Source of the DNA: Nanobdellota archaeon
Lineage (GTDB): Archaea; Nanobdellota; Nanobdellia; Pacearchaeales; GW2011-AR1
Assembly (NCBI GenBank): GCA_038045905.1
Contig: JBBSXF010000050.1
Location: 1-33,747 of the forward strand
DNA: 33,747 bases
Direction: 5' to 3'
A program made the position numbers and the translations under genes. Below, one piece after another: positions 25,955 through 33,703 of the stretch. The notes beneath the pieces are model-generated. The model was not told where the DNA came from, did not search any database, and worked only from the letters and a program-made list of their open reading frames with translations. Numbering within the stretch: the first letter of the stretch is position 1; each line of letters begins with the position of its first letter.

Positions 25955-27961
25955 TTATTCTTTTTCTTGTCTGTTTAAGAACTTGTTTATGAATTTTCTT
26001 GCTTCTTCATTGTCTCTTTTAATGCTCTTTAATACATAGACTGTTGTTTCTTCCCTAATCTCTTTTTCTGCTCTTGCATTCACTCTTAACAAATCATTTA
26101 TCTTTTCACTCAATAAAATTTCTTCATTTGAAAGTGTAGCTAATCTCTTTGATGTTGCCATTAATGAACCCATTCCCATAAATTTGAATACGTCTTCTTC
26201 TACTTTTCCAACTATTTCCCCTTTATTTAAAGAAATTCCAAATTCTATTTTTTGGTTGAACATCCTATTGTGCTCTAAAAGAGATTTTTGTATATGCTCT
26301 GCGATGTCCAAAGCTAATTTTTCATTTTTAAGAGTTTTAGTTTTTGCTGGAGCTAATATGAACAATAAATAACTTTGATTGCCATATACAACTGCTTTGT
26401 TTTCTTCTGCAATGTTTTTAATTTTTTTTAGAGTATCAATAACGCTTCCATTTCGTTCTCCTGCATCTCTATTTTTTAATTTAAGGCATACAACACTTGC
26501 TTCTTGCTGGTTTCCTTTGATTGTCATAGAAAGTTCTGCTTTGTTTACAGGGCGAGATATAGAATCTTCTCTCATTGTTGGAAGTTCTTTTGATTCTTTC
26601 ACTCTTTTTTTAAATTTTAAAGAAGGCATGTGCCCTATAAAATTTTTTTTACGTAATTTCTTTACAAGAAAAAATGTTCCAAGAACTAACACTAAAATAA
26701 ATAATATCCAAGCAAGATTTGTTAATTGCAAAACATCTTCTCTTATTCCTATTACATTTCCAGTTAAGCTCAATGTTTCGCTTATTTCATCTCCACTTCC
26801 TGTAGCAATTCTTACCTGATATTCTCCGTCTGGGGCACTTAATATATATTTTTTATTCTCTCCGACTTCTAATGCAACTTGGATATTCAATGGATTTTCT
26901 CCTATTTTTACCAATAAGGTTTTATTGTAAAAGATATTCCCTGTATTTGCTATGAAGATTGTTTTATTTACTATTTCTATACTTACACTTTCTTTTTCTT
27001 TTATCTCAAATCCGCTTTCAGATTCTAATTTTTTAGAAACTGCATGAATTTTCCATCTTGAAGGAGGTTCGCTTGATGCGATAGGATATTCAAAAAATAT
27101 ATTTGTATCTATTTCTCTTTGCTCAAAAATTTTGTCCGCTGAATTTTTAATGGTTAGATATGCGGTTGTATTTATTGAATCGCCTGTTTGGTCATGGAGG
27201 ATTGCTTTGACTCTCATTATCATTCCAGGTTCTAATTCTTTATTTTCAATTATCAATTCTAATTCTGTTGGAACCTGTCTTACTGAAATAGTATATTCTG
27301 CAAATCCGATGTTTGTGATTATTCCCTCGCTGTCTTTTTCATGTGCATTCACCTCCACAAGATAAGTTCCTGCCCGTAGATTATTTGGAAGAGAAAAATT
27401 CATGTAAAGCATTCCATTATTAACTGTTCCAAATTGAGTTACATTTTGTGTTAAATCCTGACCGATTAAACTTACGCTTATAAATCCATTTGAGTTTTCT
27501 CCACTTTCTCTTTTAATCTCTCCATTTATCCAAAAATTTTCTCCCGCATTAAATTCTGTTCCTTCTATTGCTCCATTTATATTTAGGGAAGTAGAAATTT
27601 TAAATTCATCGCTTAATTGATACCCCTCATCTAATGATGCTTTGACCTTGCATATTCCATTGTTACCCTGAATTATTGAATTTATAAGAACAAGAGAAGA
27701 ATCCATGCTTTTTTCATTTCCAGCAAGTAATTTTACTCCATTTTTATAGAAATTTATTAAAGTTCCATTGCAAATTAAATCCATCTGAAAAATTCCCGAA
27801 ACATCTGTTAATGTTTTTATTGTAACTGGTACGTAAATAATGTCTCCCAGATTATAAACGGGTTTTACTTGTTGCGTGAAAATTATATCTGCAGAAATAA
27901 AAGAACTTAGCAAAATGGTTAAAATTAATGCATTTATTCCTATTTTTATTCCTCTTTTCAT
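25955..27961 (-). CDS. single-pass surface protein with large ectodomain and cytoplasmic class III cyclase-like (degenerate) domain
   Basis: Signal peptide (INALILTILLSSFISA), about 400-aa ectodomain, TM helix (LAWILFILVLVLGTFFLV). The C-terminal 200 aa has a layout resembling the nucleotidyl cyclase fold (ASVVCLKLKN ... AVVYGNQSYLLFILAP ... KIEFGISLNKGEIVGKV...FKFMGMGSLMATSKRLATLSNEEILLSEKI) but without the metal-binding Asp pair. Confidence 0.5.
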   Translation of the reverse strand: MKRGIKIGINALILTILLSSFISADIIFTQQVKPVYNLGDIIYVPVTIKTLTDVSGIFQMDLICNGTLINFYKNGVKLLAGNEKSMDSSLVLINSIIQGNNGICKVKASLDEGYQLSDEFKISTSLNINGAIEGTEFNAGENFWINGEIKRESGENSNGFISVSLIGQDLTQNVTQFGTVNNGMLYMNFSLPNNLRAGTYLVEVNAHEKDSEGIITNIGFAEYTISVRQVPTELELIIENKELEPGMIMRVKAILHDQTGDSINTTAYLTIKNSADKIFEQREIDTNIFFEYPIASSEPPSRWKIHAVSKKLESESGFEIKEKESVSIEIVNKTIFIANTGNIFYNKTLLVKIGENPLNIQVALEVGENKKYILSAPDGEYQVRIATGSGDEISETLSLTGNVIGIREDVLQLTNLAWILFILVLVLGTFFLVKKLRKKNFIGHMPSLKFKKRVKESKELPTMREDSISRPVNKAELSMTIKGNQQEASVVCLKLKNRDAGERNGSVIDTLKKIKNIAEENKAVVYGNQSYLLFILAPAKTKTLKNEKLALDIAEHIQKSLLEHNRMFNQKIEFGISLNKGEIVGKVEEDVFKFMGMGSLMATSKRLATLSNEEILLSEKINDLLRVNARAEKEIREETTVYVLKSIKRDNEEARKFINKFLNRQEKE

Positions 27962-28033
27962 TTTCTTTTTCCCTTATAAAAACAACTAATTATTCTTTAT
28001 AAATATTTGTTCAATTTCCCTTTATTAAGCAAT

Positions 28034-28043
28034 GTTTAAAAAT
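28034..28043 (+). promoter_or_regulatory. TATA box for trpS
   Basis: GTTTAAAAAT centred about 26 nt upstream of the ATG at 28064. Confidence 0.35.
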
Positions 28044-28063
28044 AAATCTTTCTTTGTAAGGGA

Positions 28064-29179
28064 ATGAAAAGCGGAGCAATAGTTACTCCTTGGGAAGTTA
28101 AAGGAGATATTGATTATGAAAAACTGATTAGGGAATTTGGAGTTGTTCCTTTGAAAGAACTTCCTAAAGTGTTTAATGATAATTTGCTTTTTAGAAGAAA
28201 GATCATTTTTGCCCATAGGGACATTCAAAATATTCTTGAAGCAATAAAAACCCAAAAAAAATTTGTTGTGATGACTGGTTTAATGCCTACTGGAAAATTT
28301 CATCTTGGGCATATGCTAATTGTTAGTCAACTTATTTTCTATCAGAAATTAGGAGCTAAAATTTATATTGCTATTGCTGATATTGAAGCATACAATGCCC
28401 GAGGGCAAAGTTTGGAAGAAAGCAGAAAAATTGCAATTGAACAGTATTTGACAAATTATATCAGTCTTGGATTAAAACTTTCCAATTGCGAAATTTATTT
28501 TCAGAGCGAAAGAAGCAAAGATGCAGAAAAATCAAATGCTTATTATAGGCTTCAAAATCTTCTTGCAAAATATGCAACTTTCAACGAGTTTAGGGCAGTT
28601 TATGGAGAAATAAGCCCTGGAAAAATGGTATCTTCTCTTTTGCAAGCTTCAGATATGCTCCATCCCCAATTGCCAGAATTTGAAGGAACTTGCCCTGTTG
28701 TTATTCCTGTTGGAATAGACCAAGACCCTCATATAAGACTAGCAAGAGATATAAGCCAACATATTAAAGATTTCAAATTTAATCAGATTAGTTCAACTTA
28801 TAATTTATTCATGCCTGGATTGGGCGGGGGGAAAATGTCTTCTTCAGATTTGAATTCATTTATTGCATTAACAGATTCTTCAAAAGAAGTTGAGACTAAA
28901 ATAAAAAAGTATGCTTTTTCTGGAGGAAGAGATACACTTGAAGAACATAGGAAAAAAGGGGGAAATCCTGATGTTGATGTTTCTTTTAAATATCTTCAAT
29001 TTTTCTTTGAACCAGATGATAAAAAATTGCAAAAAATTCATGACGATTACAAATCAGGAAAAATGCTGACGTCCGAATTGAAAGAGATTTTAATTAAAAA
29101 AATAAATGTTTTTCTTAGAGAACATCAAAAAAATCGTGAGAAAGCCAAGAAAGAAATTGGGAAATTTTTATTGAGGTGA
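28064..29179 (+). CDS. trpS: tryptophan--tRNA ligase (archaeal/eukaryal type)
   Basis: VTPWEVKGDIDYEKLIREFG N-terminus, HIGH-type GKFHLGHM, KMSSS, and AFSGGRDTLEEHRKKGGNPDVDVSFKYL. Confidence 0.88.
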   Translation: MKSGAIVTPWEVKGDIDYEKLIREFGVVPLKELPKVFNDNLLFRRKIIFAHRDIQNILEAIKTQKKFVVMTGLMPTGKFHLGHMLIVSQLIFYQKLGAKIYIAIADIEAYNARGQSLEESRKIAIEQYLTNYISLGLKLSNCEIYFQSERSKDAEKSNAYYRLQNLLAKYATFNEFRAVYGEISPGKMVSSLLQASDMLHPQLPEFEGTCPVVIPVGIDQDPHIRLARDISQHIKDFKFNQISSTYNLFMPGLGGGKMSSSDLNSFIALTDSSKEVETKIKKYAFSGGRDTLEEHRKKGGNPDVDVSFKYLQFFFEPDDKKLQKIHDDYKSGKMLTSELKEILIKKINVFLREHQKNREKAKKEIGKFLLR

Positions 29180-29785
29180 TTATTTCTTTTTGTAATACAG
29201 ATGGTTCCCAAGTTTACCTAAATATGTCATGCTTTTTACCCATTTTGGAGTTTTTTTCACCTTTTTTGGATTGTAGTAACTTGTTGCACCAGGCATTGGA
29301 TTTTTGTATTTTCCTTCTAAAAAACCTTGAGCTAATTTCAAATTTATAAGAAAATCTTTTTTATTATGTTTTAATGGAGTTTTTAAAAAAATGTTACTAT
29401 CTGTTCCAGGGTTAAAACAAGAATATTGCCATGGGCTTAAAATTTCTTCTCTTAAAAAATTGTTATTATTCTTTGCTCTTGTAAGTGCTGTGTATGCATC
29501 TGCTATTTTGCAAATATTTGGAGAATCTTCATCTTCTCCCATCATTAATCTTGCTACAAGAATTTGCAAAGTATCTTTATTAAAGTCATCTGTTACATAA
29601 TGGAGAACATCATCAATTTTTCTTTCCATCTCTTTCATTTTATCTGTATAAAATATTCTTTGATATTTTGATTCAATTTCTGGGATAAAATTTGATAATG
29701 GCGTTAGTGGTTTTACAAATGGTTTATTTGGACTTGGAAATATCAATCCTGCCATAAGAGTCATTGCCAGTAATGTTTTCTTCAT
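29180..29785 (-). CDS. secreted SleB/Hydrolase_2-like cell-wall hydrolase domain protein
   Basis: Signal-like N-terminus. LVARLMMGEDED...IADAYTALTRAKNN ... PWQYSCFNP ... GATSYYNPKK...PKWVKSMTYLGKLGNHLYY follows the Hydrolase_2 pattern (ar.i.gE......aVa.Vi.NR......QFs......ga..y......P.W.......ig.H.Fy). Confidence 0.55.
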   Translation of the reverse strand: MKKTLLAMTLMAGLIFPSPNKPFVKPLTPLSNFIPEIESKYQRIFYTDKMKEMERKIDDVLHYVTDDFNKDTLQILVARLMMGEDEDSPNICKIADAYTALTRAKNNNNFLREEILSPWQYSCFNPGTDSNIFLKTPLKHNKKDFLINLKLAQGFLEGKYKNPMPGATSYYNPKKVKKTPKWVKSMTYLGKLGNHLYYKKK

Positions 29786-29836
29786 AAAACTTCAGACAAA
29801 GTGGGTGTTTTAAAGCTTTCTATCGAATATTTTATA

Positions 29837-29897
29837 TGGTAGAAAATAGGAAACTGAAAGGGGATGTGAAAAATCTAACGTGGTAGAAAATAGGAAA
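29837..29897 (+). repeat. tandem direct repeat of TGGTAGAAAATAGGAAA (29837-29853 and 29881-29897)
   Basis: Two perfect 17-nt copies with a 44-nt period in the divergent region between the hydrolase gene and thrS. TAACGTGGTAGAAAA (29876-29890) is the exact reverse complement of 24490-24504. Confidence 0.8.
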
Positions 29898-29916
29898 TGA
29901 ATAATTTTTTAGAATA

Positions 29917-29926
29917 TTTTATAAAC
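29917..29926 (+). promoter_or_regulatory. TATA box for thrS
   Basis: TTTTATAAAC centred about 26 nt upstream of the ATG at 29947. Confidence 0.4.
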
Positions 29927-29946
29927 TTCTTGCTTCTTTATTTTTT

Positions 29947-31662
29947 ATGAAGATTTTGCTGTTGCATACAGACTATATTAAATTTAAACCTCTAAAAAAG
30001 GCATTAAAAACGATTGAAGAACTCTCTGAAAAGGAGAAAGAAGGGAATTTTGTTCAGCAAGCACTTGTTGTTTTAACTGCTGTTGAAAAAGGGGATACTA
30101 ATATTAAGAAAATTGTAGAAAAGCTTATTGAAAATGTCAAGGATGTTGCAAAACAAGTAAATGCAGAAAAAATAGTCCTTTATCCTTATGCTCATCTTTC
30201 AAATAATTTGGCTTCTCCTCAATTAGCAACTGAAATATTGAATGAAGCAGAAAAAGGGCTGAAAAAAAATTTTAGTGTAGTAAAAGCACCTTTTGGATAT
30301 TATAAAGAGTTTGAACTTAAAGTAAAAGGGCATCCTTTATCTGAATTGAGCAGAGAAATTAGAATAGACAATGAACAAGAAGAAAAAAAGGCAGAAGAAA
30401 AATATGATCATGCAAGATTACTTCACGAAATTTCAAAAACAAAATTAGATAATTCCAAATTGAAAGACAACGATCATAGAATTATTGGACAGCAAATGGA
30501 TTTATTTTCGTTTTCTGAAGTTGCACCAGGAATGGTTTTTTGGCATAATAATGGATTGATTATAAAAAATGGATTGATTGAACTCTGGAGAGAATTGCAC
30601 AGAAAATCAGGATATCAAGAAATTTCCACACCGCAAGTTATGGATAAAAGATTATGGCAGATTTCAGGACATTGGGAAAAATATAAAGAAAATATTTTCT
30701 TAACAGAATATGAAAAAAGACAATTTGCAGTCAAGCCAATGAATTGTCCTGGAGGAATGCTTGTTTTCAAAAATACCCCAAAGAGTTATAGGGAACTACC
30801 TTTAAGGATTGGAGAGCTTGGAGTTGTTCATAGATTAGAACTTTCTGGAGTTCTTGCTGGATTATTTAGGGTAATACAATTCACGCAAGATGATGCACAT
30901 ATTTTTTGTGAAGAAAAACAACTTGAAAATGAAATATTTGGGATAATAGAAGTGATTAATACTCTTTATAAAAAATTTAATTTAGAATTTGATCATATTG
31001 AACTTTCTACCCGCCCTGAAAAAAGAATTGGAAATGACGTAATGTGGGATAAAGCAGAAAAAGTTTTAGAAGATGCTCTGAAAAAAAAGAAAATGAAATA
31101 TAAAATTAATAAAGGAGATGGAGCATTTTATGGACCGAAAATTGATTTTCATGTTAAAGATTCTTTAGGAAGAACTTGGCAACTTTCAACAATTCAATTG
31201 GACTTTTCAATGCCAGAAAGATTTGAATTAGAATATACCGATAAAGATAACACAAGAAAGCGTCCTGTAATGTTGCATACTGTTAGTTATGGAAGTGTTG
31301 AAAGATTTGTTGGAATTTTATTAGAACATACAAATGGAAGAATGCCCACTTGGCTTGCTCCTGTTCAAGTACGAATTTTAAATTTTACAGATAGAAATAC
31401 AGAGTATGCAAAGAAAATAATAAAACAATTTAGCGAAGAAATTCCTAATTTAAGAATTGATGCTGATTTTAGGCAGACAACTGTTCCAGCAAAAGTAAAA
31501 GACGCTGAAATTATGAGAGTTCCTTATATTATTGTTATTGGGGATAAAGAAGAAAAAGAAAAAACTCTTGCAGTAAGAGTTAGGGGAAACAGCAAAATTG
31601 AAACAATTGGAGTTAAGGAATTTATTGAGAAGATTAAGAAAGAAATTTTGGATAGAGAATGA
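29947..31662 (+). CDS. thrS: threonine--tRNA ligase with archaeal N-terminal editing domain
   Basis: MKILLLHTDYIKFKP... (archaeal DTD-like editing domain), class II core (FWHNNG, MNCPG, RVIQFTQDDAHIF, GAFYGPKIDF) and a C-terminal anticodon-binding domain. Confidence 0.9.
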   Translation: MKILLLHTDYIKFKPLKKALKTIEELSEKEKEGNFVQQALVVLTAVEKGDTNIKKIVEKLIENVKDVAKQVNAEKIVLYPYAHLSNNLASPQLATEILNEAEKGLKKNFSVVKAPFGYYKEFELKVKGHPLSELSREIRIDNEQEEKKAEEKYDHARLLHEISKTKLDNSKLKDNDHRIIGQQMDLFSFSEVAPGMVFWHNNGLIIKNGLIELWRELHRKSGYQEISTPQVMDKRLWQISGHWEKYKENIFLTEYEKRQFAVKPMNCPGGMLVFKNTPKSYRELPLRIGELGVVHRLELSGVLAGLFRVIQFTQDDAHIFCEEKQLENEIFGIIEVINTLYKKFNLEFDHIELSTRPEKRIGNDVMWDKAEKVLEDALKKKKMKYKINKGDGAFYGPKIDFHVKDSLGRTWQLSTIQLDFSMPERFELEYTDKDNTRKRPVMLHTVSYGSVERFVGILLEHTNGRMPTWLAPVQVRILNFTDRNTEYAKKIIKQFSEEIPNLRIDADFRQTTVPAKVKDAEIMRVPYIIVIGDKEEKEKTLAVRVRGNSKIETIGVKEFIEKIKKEILDRE

Positions 31663-31705
31663 AAAGGCTTAAATATTCTTTAATACTCTTTAAATTATAA
31701 TCTTC

Positions 31706-31734
31706 CCCGCTGGTCGGCTTTGTCGAGTAGCGGG
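31706..31734 (+). promoter_or_regulatory. GC-rich hairpin immediately upstream of NYN gene 2
   Basis: CCCGCT-GG-TCG-GCTTTGT-CGA-GT-AGCGGG: 6-bp outer stem plus 3-bp inner stem. It ends 10 nt before the ATG at 31745. It could also serve as the thrS terminator. Confidence 0.35.
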
Positions 31735-31744
31735 ATTTATACTT

Positions 31745-32287
31745 ATGGAGAAGTGTGCTATTTTTATTGATGGGGGATATCTTAATAGAATTAATAGAGA
31801 TTATTTTGATTCTTCAAGTATTGATTATCTTAAACTATGTGATGAGATTTGCAATACTTTAAAATTAACTCGCTTGAGAACTTATTACTATAATTCAATG
31901 CCCATTATAAGAAAAGGAAATAAAGAAGACGAAAAGAAACATTCTAAAATGCAATTGTTCTTTGCAAGCCTTAAAAGACTGCCCCGTTTTGAGGTAAAAC
32001 TCGGAAGACTTCAATTAATAGGCGGACAATTTAAGCAAAAGATGATTGATGTATTAATGTCTTTAGATATTGTCAGTATGTGTTTTGATAATCAGATACA
32101 ACAGGCAATTCTTATTGCGGGTGACTCGGATTTTATCCCTGCAATTAAAAAAGCTAAAGATTGCGGAGCAATAATTCATTTATTCTATCACCCTAAATCT
32201 GTTCATAATGAGATGTTAGATGAAGTAGATGAACTTCATATTCTTTCTGAAGAATTAATAAACAAATGTAGGAAACGATCATTATGA
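31745..32287 (+). CDS. NYN/LabA-like (PIN-fold) ribonuclease domain protein (paralog of 19943..20488)
   Basis: AIFIDGGYL, IDVLMSLDIV, LIAGDSDFIPAI. It shares LPRFE(I/V)(R/K)LGRL and the same MEK..IFID start as the first copy. Confidence 0.75.
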   Translation: MEKCAIFIDGGYLNRINRDYFDSSSIDYLKLCDEICNTLKLTRLRTYYYNSMPIIRKGNKEDEKKHSKMQLFFASLKRLPRFEVKLGRLQLIGGQFKQKMIDVLMSLDIVSMCFDNQIQQAILIAGDSDFIPAIKKAKDCGAIIHLFYHPKSVHNEMLDEVDELHILSEELINKCRKRSL

Positions 32288-32790
32288 ATTCACACTTCCT
32301 TTTAGAGAAACTTGAAGATTCTGAAGAATTTAAAAAATTTAAATCAGAAAATAAAGATGCTTATCTCTGCTCTGGCTTTTTCATTTTGGATTTAAATGAG
32401 AAAAATCCTGAAAATAAATATCATTTTGACTTTTACATTCCGTTTAGCAAGAAAACATTTAGCTTTGAGTTAGAAGACGGAATTAAATTAGTTGAATTGG
32501 AAAGATTAGAAGAAGAAAAAGTTTTAGAAGAAGTTTCTTTAAAAAATCATTTTGACTTTGGAGAAATTCAGCAAAAAATTTTGACAGAAATGGAACTTAA
32601 GCACATAAGCAATAAAATGCAGAAAATGATTTTTTCTTTGCAGAGCAAGGATGGAAAAGATATTTTGATTGGAACAATATTTCTTTCTGGATTAGGATTA
32701 ATTAGTGCTAATTTTGATTTAACTGAAAATAGAATAACTGATTTTGAGAAAAAATCTTTATTTGATATGATGAAAATTATTAAGAAGTGA
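32284..32790 (+). CDS. hypothetical 168-aa protein translationally coupled to the NYN gene
   Basis: The start ATG overlaps the NYN stop (ATGA at 32284-32287). Acidic, no TM helix, no family recognised. Confidence 0.55.
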   Translation: MNSHFLLEKLEDSEEFKKFKSENKDAYLCSGFFILDLNEKNPENKYHFDFYIPFSKKTFSFELEDGIKLVELERLEEEKVLEEVSLKNHFDFGEIQQKILTEMELKHISNKMQKMIFSLQSKDGKDILIGTIFLSGLGLISANFDLTENRITDFEKKSLFDMMKIIKK

Positions 32791-32807
32791 ACAAGTTCAC
32801 TGCGTTC

Positions 32808-32833
32808 CCTTTTGTTTGCAAAAACAAACAAAG
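32808..32833 (+). terminator. hairpin CCTTTTGTTTG-CAAAA-CAAACAAAGG downstream of the NYN two-gene unit
   Basis: 10-bp stem with a one-T bulge. It is preceded by the palindrome GTGAAC-AA-GTTCAC (32787-32800), which overlaps the stop codon. Confidence 0.3.
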
Positions 32834-32926
32834 GAAGTTCATTTCGCGAGCAACAGAAGTTGTCTAGATAATGAAAATTATTGAAAAGTAAGAAGTATTT
32901 TTAAATTATTAAATATTAATTTACTT

Positions 32927-33703
32927 ATGAAAAAAGAGATAGTTTTATTTATCCTAATCTCATTAATTTTAATTACCTCCTTAATTGCAATTATCTCAAG
33001 TGAAGGTTCTGACTCTTCTTCTGCAACTGAATGGCTGATGTTTGGAAGAACTTTAAATCATAGTTTTTGGGATGGAAATAATTTTTCAACGATTTTAGGA
33101 TTGAATAACGCAAATTTTACAACATTATATACAATTAAATCATCTCCCGCAGTGGCAAATGGATATGTTTATCTTGGGACTTATGAAGGGAATAGTGGTT
33201 CTGACCACAATTTTTATCAATTAAATGCATCAAATGTTTCACAGCAGATAGGAAATTTTACGGGAACAAATTCTTTCTCTTCCTCCGTTGTAGCAAATGG
33301 TTATGTTTATGTGGAAGATATTAATATTTTTTATCAATTAAATGCATCAAATGTTTCACAGTTAATTGCAAGTTTTACAGGAATAAATTCTTTCTGTTCA
33401 ACTTCGGTAGTTTCTGGGGGATATGTTTATATTAATGATGTTGGTGCTTCTTCCTACCAGTTAAATGCTTCAAATGTTTCACAGCAAATTGCAATTTTTA
33501 CTGGGATACTTCCTGAGGGAAGATTGGGTGCCCTTGATTTTTGTCCATCTCCTGCAATTTATAACCAATCGATTTATACGGGGGTAAGTTATGATAATAT
33601 TTTTTATCAGTTAAATGCATCAAATGTTTCACAACAACTAGGAAATTTTACTACTGGAAATTATATTGAATCTTCGCCAGCGATTTCTGGGGGGATATTG
33701 TAA
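32927..33703 (+). CDS. surface protein with PQQ-like beta-propeller repeats and repeated N-glycosylation sequons
   Basis: N-terminal TM/signal segment. Repeated SSPAVANGYVY / SSVVANGYVYV / SVVSGGYVYI blades (BamB/PQQ-like). Four copies of (F)YQLNASNVSQ(Q/L) plus NFT sequons. Confidence 0.55.
   Translation: MKKEIVLFILISLILITSLIAIISSEGSDSSSATEWLMFGRTLNHSFWDGNNFSTILGLNNANFTTLYTIKSSPAVANGYVYLGTYEGNSGSDHNFYQLNASNVSQQIGNFTGTNSFSSSVVANGYVYVEDINIFYQLNASNVSQLIASFTGINSFCSTSVVSGGYVYINDVGASSYQLNASNVSQQIAIFTGILPEGRLGALDFCPSPAIYNQSIYTGVSYDNIFYQLNASNVSQQLGNFTTGNYIESSPAISGGIL

Noticed and set aside
24466-29897. Possibility that the short tandem repeats are a CRISPR array or a MITE
   Set aside because: There are only two copies per site, the units are 14-17 nt, the spacers are 10 and 27 nt, and there are no cas genes. 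The internal segment contains essential trpS, so a cis-regulatory reading is preferred. The question is kept open as a finding rather than called a mobile element.
5-32831. Track ORFs lying antisense or out of frame inside longer, well-supported genes: 5..268, 2978..3301, 4349..4567, 4601..4825, 5544..5750, 5756..5956, 6294..6695, 7552..7875, 7691..7897, 8156..8470, 12322..12678, 12954..13259, 13604..14077, 14737..15156, 15333..15566, 16942..17172, 18050..18268, 19027..19233, 19542..19775, 21120..21311, 21560..21742, 21752..21979, 24219..24404, 25000..25356, 26184..26372, 26379..26819, 27132..27365, 28025..28255, 29391..29600, 32568..32831
   Set aside because: Each overlaps a longer ORF with recognisable motifs or proper promoter spacing. 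Their translations are low-complexity F/L/I/S-rich strings, typical of shadow frames in AT-rich DNA.
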